Source of the DNA: an uncultured Desulfarculus sp.
Lineage (GTDB): Bacteria; Desulfobacterota; Desulfarculia; Desulfarculales; Desulfarculaceae
Length of the DNA: 64,000 nucleotides
NCBI GenBank assembly: GCA_963665125.2
Contig: CAXXUK010000001.1
Location: 384,001 to 448,000 of the forward strand
Direction of reading: 5' to 3'
Each line of letters opens with the position of its first letter. Positions within the stretch are counted from its first letter, which is position 1. Positions 56,056 through 64,000 of the stretch are shown one piece after another. The notes under the pieces were generated by a model. That model was not told the DNA's origin. It did no database searches and saw nothing but the letters and a program-made list of their open reading frames with translations. The position numbers and the translations under genes were made by a program.

Positions 56056-57057
56056 ATGGAAATGATACTTAGTCTGGCCATCACCGGACTGGCCATAGGC
56101 AGCGTCTACGCCCTGGTGGCCATGGGTTTCGCCCTAATCTATAAATCCACCAGCATCATCAACTTCGCCCAGGGAGAGTTCGTGCTGGTGGGCGGTTATG
56201 TGGCCCTGTGGCTCTACACCGACATCCGCCACCTGGTGTTCACGGTCATCGGGGCGGCCTATCCGGACATCTTCACGATCATGCCCGAAGCGTGGTTGCA
56301 GATCCTGGTGGTGGTCATCGCCTTCAGCCTGACCATTGTCGCCGGCGTGCTGATGGTCTTGATCCTGGAGCGGCTGATTCTGAGGCCCATGATCGGCGAG
56401 CCCATCATCAGCGTTATCATGGTCACCATCGCCCTGGCTACGGTCCTCAAGGGCCTGGTCATGCTGATCTGGGAGACCCAGATCCGCAACTTCAACCCGC
56501 CGATCTTCGAGCGGGCTGGCCTGGACCTGGGGGTTATCAAATTGCCTTCGGTCTATCTGTGGATATTCATTTTCGCGGCCATATTCCTGATCACCTTTGC
56601 CCTGTTCTTCAAGTTCACCAGGGTCGGCGTGTCCATGCGGGCCGTGGCGGCAGACCAGCAGGTGTCGCAATCCATGGGCATCAGCGTCAAATCCGTCTTC
56701 GCCATAAGCTGGTCCATCGGCGCGGTGGTGGCAATGGTCGGCGGCATGCTGGTGGGCAACATCAACGGCGTGAACATCGACCTGAGTCACTTCGGCCTCA
56801 CGGTGTTCCCGGCAGTGATTTTGGGAGGCCTTGAATCGGTGGGCGGAGCCATCATCGGCGGGCTGGCCATCGGCCTGATCCAATATCTGGGCCCGGAGTT
56901 TGTAGGCTGGTGCATCCGGCTGTGGAACGGCGCGTTCGGCACGTCCTTCCCCATGCCCGGCAACCTTGAGGCGGTGCTTCCGTTTGTGGTGCTGATAGCC
57001 ATTTTGATGATCAAGCCCTATGGTCTGTTCGGCATCAAGGAGATCGAACGAGTCTAG
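56056..57057 (+). CDS. ABC permease, LivH-type
   Basis: GSVYALVAMGF.LIY....INFAQG, G.SMRAVA, PAVILGGL, KPYGLFG. Confidence 0.92.
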   Translation: MEMILSLAITGLAIGSVYALVAMGFALIYKSTSIINFAQGEFVLVGGYVALWLYTDIRHLVFTVIGAAYPDIFTIMPEAWLQILVVVIAFSLTIVAGVLMVLILERLILRPMIGEPIISVIMVTIALATVLKGLVMLIWETQIRNFNPPIFERAGLDLGVIKLPSVYLWIFIFAAIFLITFALFFKFTRVGVSMRAVAADQQVSQSMGISVKSVFAISWSIGAVVAMVGGMLVGNINGVNIDLSHFGLTVFPAVILGGLESVGGAIIGGLAIGLIQYLGPEFVGWCIRLWNGAFGTSFPMPGNLEAVLPFVVLIAILMIKPYGLFGIKEIERV

Positions 57058-57075
57058 GCTGGAGGGAGAGGCCAA

Positions 57076-58128
57076 ATGCCCTGCGGATTGTTTTTCGAGA
57101 CCTACGAAAAAGACGAGGCCATTTTCCAAACCACTTGGCTCAAGTGCTGGATGGCCGCCTTTGCCGTGTTGATGTTGTCTTTTCCGTTGTATTCCGATTG
57201 GCTCAGCGAGTTGACGAACCTGTATTGGATCGGCATCATGACCCACATCTTCATCTTTATCCTGGGAGCCCAGGGCCTCAACCTGCTCACGGGATTCACG
57301 GGTCAGATATCGCTGGGACATGGCGCGTTCATGGCCGTGGGGGCCTTCACCACCGGCCTGGTGTCCATGACCCTGGGTTGGCCGTTCCTGTTGGCCCTTT
57401 TGGCTGGCGGGCTGATGACCGCGGCGCTGGGCATGGTCTTCGGCATACCGTCCCTGCGCCTGCGGGGACTGTACCTGGCCATCGCCACCCTGGCCGCCCA
57501 GATCATCATAATTTGGCTGCTCAGGAGCATCTTCCAGGCCGGCGCTGTGGAGGTCGATGACGCCACCATCTTCGGCTTCGCTTTTGACACAGACATCAAA
57601 AAGTATTACCTGTGCCTGTTTTTCGCGGCCCTGGGTACGATGTACCTGAAAAATCTGACCCGCACCCGCACGGGACGGGCCTTCGTGGCCGTGCGCGACC
57701 GCTATTTGAGCGCCGAGGTCATCGGCGTGAACCTGTTCAAATACCGCATCCTCAGCTTTGCCATCAGCTCGTTCATGGTCGGCGTGGCCGGCGGGCTTTG
57801 GGCCTTTACCGAAAACGCGGTCACCGACGAGGCCTTCGGCGTGATGCTCAGCATCAAGTATCTGGCCTTCATCATCGTCGGCGGCCTGGGGCATGTCACC
57901 GGAGCCATTTTCGGTGTTACTTTCCTGGAGCTTCTGCACTGGCTCCTGGAGGTGCCCACCGACGCATTGTCGAACATTTTCCCCAACATCTTCGAAAAGC
58001 TGGCCAGCCTGCGGGAGGTGTTCTTCGGCATGATCGTGGTGATGTTCCTGATCTTCGAGCCCGACGGCCTCAGTGCCCGATGGCACACGATCAGGTCTTA
58101 TTGGAAGTTATGGCCCTTCTCTTACTGA
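57076..58128 (+). CDS. ABC permease, LivM-type
   Basis: GLNLLTGFTGQISLGH, LRGLYLAIATL, GRAFVAVRD, EPDGL. Confidence 0.92.
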   Translation: MPCGLFFETYEKDEAIFQTTWLKCWMAAFAVLMLSFPLYSDWLSELTNLYWIGIMTHIFIFILGAQGLNLLTGFTGQISLGHGAFMAVGAFTTGLVSMTLGWPFLLALLAGGLMTAALGMVFGIPSLRLRGLYLAIATLAAQIIIIWLLRSIFQAGAVEVDDATIFGFAFDTDIKKYYLCLFFAALGTMYLKNLTRTRTGRAFVAVRDRYLSAEVIGVNLFKYRILSFAISSFMVGVAGGLWAFTENAVTDEAFGVMLSIKYLAFIIVGGLGHVTGAIFGVTFLELLHWLLEVPTDALSNIFPNIFEKLASLREVFFGMIVVMFLIFEPDGLSARWHTIRSYWKLWPFSY

Positions 58129-58299
58129 GAATGGCCCGGGATACCCGTCTGGCGCAAAAACGTCTTTGATCATGCGCACCCTGCCAGGCATGGATTGCCG
58201 CCCAATGGGCGGTGAAAATAGACCGTGAGTCTACGCCGGCGCCCCAAGCAAGCGCCGGTATGGTCGAGACGGCCGAACAATTCAAGGGAGACGGAAATT

Positions 58300-59466
58300 A
58301 TGAGAAAACTGACCCTCATCGTGGCGCTATTGGCGGCAGCCTGCCTGGTGGCGGCCCCAGCTGTAATGGCCAAGGACATAAAAGTCGGCGGCATCTTCGA
58401 CATCACCGGTCCCACATCAAAAGTCGGCGCCGACTATGCTCAAGGCGTCCGGGCGGCCTGCGACTATGTCAACTCCAAGGGCGGCATCGACGGCATGAAG
58501 CTGGACCTGGAAAGCGCGGACTACGCCTATGCCATTCCCAAGGCCCTGAACCTGTACAAGAAATACGTCAATGTCGGCAAGGCCTTTATCATCCAGGGCT
58601 GGGGCACCGGCGACACCAACGCCTTGACGCCCAAGCTCAAGAAGGACAAGGTCATCTACATGAGCGCCAGCTATGACGCCAATTTGACCGACCCCAAGAC
58701 CAACCCCTACAACTTCTTCATCGGCACCGACTACAGCACGTCGATCCGTCTGGCCATGCAGTTCGCCAAGGACAGCGGGGCCAAGAAGGTGGTCTTCTGC
58801 TACCCTGACCACCCCTATGGCCGGGCTCCCATCGCCTCGGGCAAGGAATACGCCAAGGAACTGGGCCTGGAGATCGGCCCGGACGAGTTGGTGGATCTCA
58901 AGGCCACCGACGCCACTCAGCAGCTTCTGCGCATGAAGCAGTTCAACCCGGACTTTGTCTGGATCGGCGGCACCACGCCTTCGGCGGCGGTGATCTTAAA
59001 GGGCGCGGCCACCAACCTGCCCGACGCCAAGTTCGTCATCAATTGCTGGGGCTTTGACTCCAACCTGCCCAAGCTGGCCCAGGGCGCCGCAGAGGGCCGG
59101 GCCTTCGGCATTCTGCCCGTGGTGCCTTACGGCTGGGACGTGCCGGGCATGAAGGACATCCTGGCCTGGACCAAGGGCGAGCCCCATACCCTGCACTTTG
59201 TCAAGGGATGGGTCTCGGTGCTGGTCATGGCCGAGGGCCTCAAGAAGGCCAAGGCCGCCGGCAAGCTGGGCGGGCCCGAACTCAAGGCCGCCCTTGAGAC
59301 GCTTACCGACTTCGCGACCGGTGGCCTGTGCTACCCCATCACCTACACCCCCTCGGACCACCGGCCCAACACCACTTGCATGCTCGGCGGCATCAAGGAC
59401 GGTAAGGTCGTGGTCGTGGCCGACAAGGTGACCATGCCGCGCATGGACAAGTACATCGGCAAGTAG
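58300..59466 (+). CDS. ABC substrate-binding protein, LivJ/K-type
   Basis: Signal peptide, IKVG...DITGPT, VN..GGI.G, GWGT; start ATG 58300. Confidence 0.92.
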   Translation: MRKLTLIVALLAAACLVAAPAVMAKDIKVGGIFDITGPTSKVGADYAQGVRAACDYVNSKGGIDGMKLDLESADYAYAIPKALNLYKKYVNVGKAFIIQGWGTGDTNALTPKLKKDKVIYMSASYDANLTDPKTNPYNFFIGTDYSTSIRLAMQFAKDSGAKKVVFCYPDHPYGRAPIASGKEYAKELGLEIGPDELVDLKATDATQQLLRMKQFNPDFVWIGGTTPSAAVILKGAATNLPDAKFVINCWGFDSNLPKLAQGAAEGRAFGILPVVPYGWDVPGMKDILAWTKGEPHTLHFVKGWVSVLVMAEGLKKAKAAGKLGGPELKAALETLTDFATGGLCYPITYTPSDHRPNTTCMLGGIKDGKVVVVADKVTMPRMDKYIGK

Positions 59467-59475
59467 TGATTAGCT

Positions 59476-59501
59476 GGCGGGGGCCTTTGCGGGCCTCCGC
59501 C
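59476..59501 (+). terminator. stem-loop after the binding-protein gene (likely mRNA stabiliser/attenuator)
   Basis: GGCGGGGGCC-TTTGC-GGGCCTCCGCC. Confidence 0.45.
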
Positions 59502-59526
59502 CTTGTTCAGCATAAAGGGGACGTCA

Positions 59527-60330
59527 ATGCCGCTGCTGTCAGTCAACAACATCGAAGTCATCTACGATGATGTGATCCTGGTGCTCAAGGGCCTGTCGCT
59601 GGATGTGGAAAAGGGCTCCATTGTGGCGCTGTTGGGGGCCAACGGCGCGGGCAAGACCACCACCCTAAAGGCCATCAGCGGCCTGCTCAAGACGGAAGAA
59701 GGCGAGGTCACCGATGGAACCATCACCTTTGACGACGAGCAGATCAATGGCATGGAGCCGGAAAAGATCGTCCGCAAGGGCATCTTCCAGGTAATGGAGG
59801 GCCGCAGGGTCTTTGTAGACCTGACGGCCAAGGAAAACCTCATCGCCGCGGCCCACACCCAGAAATGCTCCCGGGGCGAGTTGGAAGACCGTATAAACCA
59901 GGTCTACAAGTATTTCCCCCGGCTCAAGGAACGGGAAAACGGCTTGGCGGGCTACTTGTCCGGCGGCGAGCAGCAGATGCTGGTCATCGGCAGGGGCATG
60001 ATGGCCCGGCCCAAACTGATGATGCTAGACGAGCCCAGCCTGGGCCTGTCGCCGCTGTTGGTCAGCGAGATATTCGAGATCATCGTGCGCCTCAACCGCG
60101 AGATCGGCACCACCATTCTGCTGGTGGAGCAGAACGCCCGTATGGCCCTGAATATAGCCGACCACGGCTATATCATGGAAAATGGCAAGATCGTCCTGGA
60201 CGACACTACTGAAAAACTGAAAAACAACGAAGACGTCAAGCGCTTCTACCTGGGCATCGGTGAAGGCGGCAAGAAACGCTCCTACCGCGATGTGAAGCAC
60301 TACAAGCGCCGCAAGCGCTGGCTGACCTAG
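59527..60330 (+). CDS. ABC transporter ATP-binding protein, LivF-type
   Basis: GANGAGKTT, EGRRVF, LSGGEQQML, LDEPSLGL, VEQN. Confidence 0.93.
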   Translation: MPLLSVNNIEVIYDDVILVLKGLSLDVEKGSIVALLGANGAGKTTTLKAISGLLKTEEGEVTDGTITFDDEQINGMEPEKIVRKGIFQVMEGRRVFVDLTAKENLIAAAHTQKCSRGELEDRINQVYKYFPRLKERENGLAGYLSGGEQQMLVIGRGMMARPKLMMLDEPSLGLSPLLVSEIFEIIVRLNREIGTTILLVEQNARMALNIADHGYIMENGKIVLDDTTEKLKNNEDVKRFYLGIGEGGKKRSYRDVKHYKRRKRWLT

Positions 60331-60357
60331 CACTCCACCACCTGTTTGGAGATTGTG

Positions 60358-61635
60358 ATGACCGCTGTAGACCGCAAGTCCGGCTATCTGGAACACGAAC
60401 TTGAGACCATGGATCCCCAGGCCCGGAGGGAGGCTCAAGACAAGGCCGTGGCCGATATCGTGGCCCATGCCTATGCCAACGCCCCGGCATTCACCAAGCG
60501 GATGAATGACGCGGGGCTTTTGCCCGGCGATGTACGCTCCATAAGCGATCTGCAAAAGCTGCCGGTGATCCAAAAGTCCGAACTGGTGGAGCTTCAAAAG
60601 AAAAACCTGCCCTTTGGCGGGCTCAACGGCGAGCCCATCGAAACAATGCGGCGCATCTACATTTCGCCGGGGCCCATCTATGAACCGGGCGAGAACAATT
60701 TTGACGACAACCGCTGGGCCCAGGCCTTTTTCGCCGCCGGTTTCCGGGCCGGGGACATTTGCCAGGTCACCTTCAACTTCAACATGGTGCCTTTCGCCTT
60801 TTGGCTGGACGACTGCCTGAACATGATCGGCTGCAAGAGCGTGCCCACCGGCGTGGGCAACACCGAATTGCAGGTGCAGATCATGAAGGACCTGCAGGTG
60901 TCGGGCTATTTGGGCACGCCGTCTTTTCTGGCGGCCGTTGCCGAAAAGGCCGAGGCCATGGGTATCGACACGCGTAAGGACTTGAATTTGCAAGCCGGAT
61001 TCGTGGCCGCCGAAATGCTGCCCGAGAGCTTGCGGGCCGATCTGGAAGACCGCTTCGGCATGGTCATCCGTCAGAGCTACGGCACGGCCGACGTGGGCTG
61101 CCTGAGCTATGAATGCTTTGAGATGGGCGGCATGCACTATGCCCAGAACTGCGTGATGGAGATCGTCGATCCGGAGACAGGCAAGCAGCTGGGGCCCGGC
61201 GAGCCCGGCGAGGTCGTTGCCACGGTGTTCAACAAGGCCTATCCGCTGATCCGCTTCGGCACCGGCGACCTGAGCGCCTATGAGCAAGGGACCTGCGCCT
61301 GCGGCCGCACCAGCGCCAAGCTGACCCGGATCATGGGCCGGGTGGACCAGGTGACCAAGATCAAGGGCATGTTCGTGCACCCCGGCGGCGTCAAACAGGT
61401 GGCCGACCATTTCCCCGAGGTGGCGGCTTATCAACTGTTGGTTGAACGGGACGGCCACAAGGACGTGATGACCCTGGTCTGCGAGTTGGCCGGGGGCGGC
61501 GCGGCGGACTTGGGCGCGCGCATGGAAGCGACCATGAAGGACGTGCTGCGGGTCAGCGGCGGGGTCAGGTTCGTGGAAAGGGGCACCCTGAGCGAGGGCT
61601 GCAAGGTCATCGAAGACCGCCGCAAGTGGGACTAA
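60358..61635 (+). CDS. phenylacetate-CoA ligase-like (PaaK family) protein
   Basis: DLQKLPV..K, SPGPIYEP, GTPSFL, YGTAD, RFGTGD, GRVDQ..KIKGMFV. Confidence 0.82.
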   Translation: MTAVDRKSGYLEHELETMDPQARREAQDKAVADIVAHAYANAPAFTKRMNDAGLLPGDVRSISDLQKLPVIQKSELVELQKKNLPFGGLNGEPIETMRRIYISPGPIYEPGENNFDDNRWAQAFFAAGFRAGDICQVTFNFNMVPFAFWLDDCLNMIGCKSVPTGVGNTELQVQIMKDLQVSGYLGTPSFLAAVAEKAEAMGIDTRKDLNLQAGFVAAEMLPESLRADLEDRFGMVIRQSYGTADVGCLSYECFEMGGMHYAQNCVMEIVDPETGKQLGPGEPGEVVATVFNKAYPLIRFGTGDLSAYEQGTCACGRTSAKLTRIMGRVDQVTKIKGMFVHPGGVKQVADHFPEVAAYQLLVERDGHKDVMTLVCELAGGGAADLGARMEATMKDVLRVSGGVRFVERGTLSEGCKVIEDRRKWD

Positions 61636-61723
61636 ACACTCGATAAAATAAGCCGTCCTTGGCCCGGCGCGCCACTGGTGGTATGGTTGGAGCCTACTGA
61701 AATCACATCAGCGCGAGATAGCC

Positions 61724-62533
61724 ATGAGCCAACCGTTGCGCCTGGGGCGCATTGATTTTGTCAACATCCTGCCGGTGCATCTGCACATGCAAGCCGACCC
61801 GCGGCTTTTCGAGGAAGTTCGCGGCGTGCCGTCGGCCCTGAACCGCATGCTGCGCACCGGTGAGTTGGACCTTAGCGTTATCTCCAGCGTTGAATACGCC
61901 CTGCATTCCGAGGAATATTTTCTGTTGCCGGACCTGAGCATCAGCGCCGCCGGAAAGGTGGGCTCGGTGCTCTTGTTTTCCAATGAATTTCCCCTGCACT
62001 GGAAAGGGCGGGCCATTGAGGCGCCGTTCGAGTCGGACACCTCGGTGGCCTTGATGCGGGTGCTGCTCAGATGGCACTGGCAGATGGAGGCGCCCCTGGC
62101 CGGAGAAGGCGAGACAGCAGACCCGGCGGCGGTGCTGCGCATCGGCGACCGGGCTCTCAAGGGCGCGGCATCGGGCCAGTGGGCCCATATCTGGGACCTG
62201 GGTCAGCAGTGGCTGGAACTGAGCGGGCTACCGTTTGTCTTCGCCGTCTGGGCCGTGCGCCGGGAAATGGCCCGCAAGAGGCCCGATGACGTCAGGGCCC
62301 TGCACAAGGCCCTGTTGGCCTCCCGCGACGCCGGGGTGGCCGATTTGTGCTCCAGCGCCGAGGAGGCCGCGCGGCTCATGGGCAGCGACAAGCCCGGCAT
62401 GCTGGCCTACTACCGTTTGCTGCACTACGGCCTTGGGCCGGAATACCGCCAGGGCCTTGAGCGGTTTTTCAGCTATCTGGCCCGGTTGGGCATGGTTGAA
62501 AATGCCCCCAAAACGTCATTTTTCAATTCTTGA
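61724..62533 (+). CDS. mqnA: chorismate dehydratase (futalosine menaquinone pathway)
   Basis: GRIDFVNILP, GVPSALN, SSVEY, SISA.G.VGSV, SDTSVAL, IGDRAL, DLG..W....GLPFVFAVW. Confidence 0.9.
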   Translation: MSQPLRLGRIDFVNILPVHLHMQADPRLFEEVRGVPSALNRMLRTGELDLSVISSVEYALHSEEYFLLPDLSISAAGKVGSVLLFSNEFPLHWKGRAIEAPFESDTSVALMRVLLRWHWQMEAPLAGEGETADPAAVLRIGDRALKGAASGQWAHIWDLGQQWLELSGLPFVFAVWAVRREMARKRPDDVRALHKALLASRDAGVADLCSSAEEAARLMGSDKPGMLAYYRLLHYGLGPEYRQGLERFFSYLARLGMVENAPKTSFFNS

Positions 62534-62594
62534 CACCTCCACGCCGTTGCGGTCACAATAAATGAACGATGATTCATTGACGGCGGGTGGGTCC

Positions 62595-63449
62595 ATGCAA
62601 AACGAGTTCAAGTCAGTTGTGTTTGCCGGCGGCGGCAGCCGTTGCTTTTGGCAGGTCGGTTTTTGGGAGGTAGTCGCTCCGGCCATTGGCCTCAAACCGG
62701 AGATCATCGCCGGGGTCAGCGCCGGGGCCTGCATGTCGGCCATGACCATTTTCGGCGACATGCCCAGGGCCACGGAATTTTTCCTGGGCGAGGCCGAGCG
62801 CAATGAAAAGAATTTCTATCCCGAGTGGATTCTGGAGGGCAAACGGCCGTTGCCCCATCCGCCCATCTTCGAGGGCACCATCCGGGCGGCTTTCGAGGGC
62901 GGCGCCTTGGAAAAAATGAAGCGGGGCCCCGAGATGCGGGTGCTCATCGCCCGGCCGCCCAAGTTCTGCGGACCGGTCAGCGGGGCCGTGCTGGGCATCA
63001 TCGCCTACAGCCTGGAAAAGGCCATCAACCACCCCCTGCATCCCCAGTGGCCCACCAAAATCGGTTTCACGCCCGAGGTGGTGCCCGCCGCCGACTGCGC
63101 CGACATCGAAGACCTGGTCAACCTGATGACCGCCACCTGCTGCACGCCGCCGCTTCTGCCGCCCATGTACCGCCAGGGCAGGCCTGTTTTGGACGGCGGG
63201 GTTATCGACAACGTGCCCCTTGCAGCATTGGGCCCGGATGACGGCCCGGCCTTGGTGCTGTTGACCCGGCGCTACAAGCCCGAGCAACTCCAGGGCCACG
63301 ACGGCAGGTTGTACCTCCAGCCGTCCAAGCCCGTACCCATTAAAAAGTGGGACTACGCCAGTCCGGATCTGTCCCTGGAGACCCTGGACCAGGGACGCCG
63401 GGACGGCGAGCTGCTCTTGAAATACGGGCCCGAGGTGTTGCAGCGGTAA
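62595..63449 (+). CDS. patatin-like phospholipase
   Basis: FAGGGSR, GVSAG, LDGG. Confidence 0.85.
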   Translation: MQNEFKSVVFAGGGSRCFWQVGFWEVVAPAIGLKPEIIAGVSAGACMSAMTIFGDMPRATEFFLGEAERNEKNFYPEWILEGKRPLPHPPIFEGTIRAAFEGGALEKMKRGPEMRVLIARPPKFCGPVSGAVLGIIAYSLEKAINHPLHPQWPTKIGFTPEVVPAADCADIEDLVNLMTATCCTPPLLPPMYRQGRPVLDGGVIDNVPLAALGPDDGPALVLLTRRYKPEQLQGHDGRLYLQPSKPVPIKKWDYASPDLSLETLDQGRRDGELLLKYGPEVLQR

Positions 63450-63503
63450 GTGGCGGTAGTAGCGCCTGCCGTTACCAAAAAACGTCGTAAAAGAAAAACG
63501 AGC

Positions 63504-63827
63504 TTACGGCATATCAGCTTCATAAGCCTTGTTGCAGCCCTCGAAGCAGCTTTGCAACTGGGCGGGGTCGGTTTTGCCGTATTTACTGACGCATCCGGTT
63601 TTCAAACAGGTATTTTTAGCGCCGTCCTTGTTCTTGTTAAGGTCCACTCGGTAATGCATGTAGGCATAGCAGCCGTACCATGACGCCCCGGATGTACCTC
63701 CGCAGAACTGGTCTTTCAGGGCGGTGGCGAATCTGCCCGCCTGACCAGCCCAACAGGGTGAGCTAAAGGCCAACAGGGCCGCCATGGCCAGTAAAAGCGC
63801 GATTTTTCCTGTTTTGTGCATGGGCAT
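63504..63827 (-). CDS. small secreted cysteine-rich hypothetical protein
   Basis: Signal peptide ending CWA; six Cys in the mature part. Confidence 0.68.
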   Translation of the reverse strand: MPMHKTGKIALLLAMAALLAFSSPCWAGQAGRFATALKDQFCGGTSGASWYGCYAYMHYRVDLNKNKDGAKNTCLKTGCVSKYGKTDPAQLQSCFEGCNKAYEADMP

Positions 63828-64000
63828 GCCTTCTGTTCAGTTGAAAATTGGGTTTTGTCATCGCGCCGGAGCTGCCGGCGCACAGGCCGAATTTCAATCC
63901 ATTCAATCAAGTTATATGTACGATGTCAACCTGTGGTTTTTTGGGGGCAAATGGTGGATATCGGCGGAGGTTTTTGGTGCGGGCCGCCGCGACGGCGAGC

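Noticed and set aside
62595..63449. Patatin as a CBASS effector
   Set aside because: No CD-NTase or other defence gene nearby; native composition; fits the lipid-catabolic context
1..64000. CRISPR arrays, tRNA/rRNA, integrases, transposases
   Set aside because: None recognised on reading the intergenic regions or the ORF track; a very degenerate ncRNA could have been missed without covariance searches

Overview
A 64 kb GC-rich chromosomal window, probably from an anaerobic fatty-acid-oxidising deltaproteobacterium (Desulfobacterota, Desulfarculales-like). The taxonomy is inferred from gene content: AOR, mqnA, sigma54 activators and an anaerobic cbi operon. Contents in order: (1) the anaerobic cobalamin operon cbiA-C-L-D-ET-F-G-H under a B12 riboswitch with a terminator. 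(2) A TetR-controlled three-gene operon of a class III PLP enzyme, an unannotated protein with a protein-kinase-like fold, and a C69/secernin Ntn-amidohydrolase; this is the best candidate for an undescribed catabolic pathway. (3) A 7TM-DISM diguanylate cyclase. (4) A divergent acetoacetate-decarboxylase-like / aldehyde:ferredoxin oxidoreductase locus with four TGAC-N5-GTCA operators. (5) A sigma54 beta-oxidation operon next to a 1037-aa TPR-GAF-AAA activator. (6) An unusual fusion of a non-acylating ALDH with an Fe-ADH, followed by a HesB-like gene. (7) Further acyl-CoA enzymes and an orphan anaerobic sulfatase maturase. (8) An AT-rich HNH gene inserted between maf and yggS. (9) tatD, a pterin-binding methyltransferase-like gene and a dGTPase. 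(10) A Liv-type ABC transporter with two embedded CoA ligases, then mqnA, a patatin and several small secreted orphans. No rRNA, tRNA, CRISPR array or intact transposase was seen. All calls come from reading motifs by eye; no searches were run.
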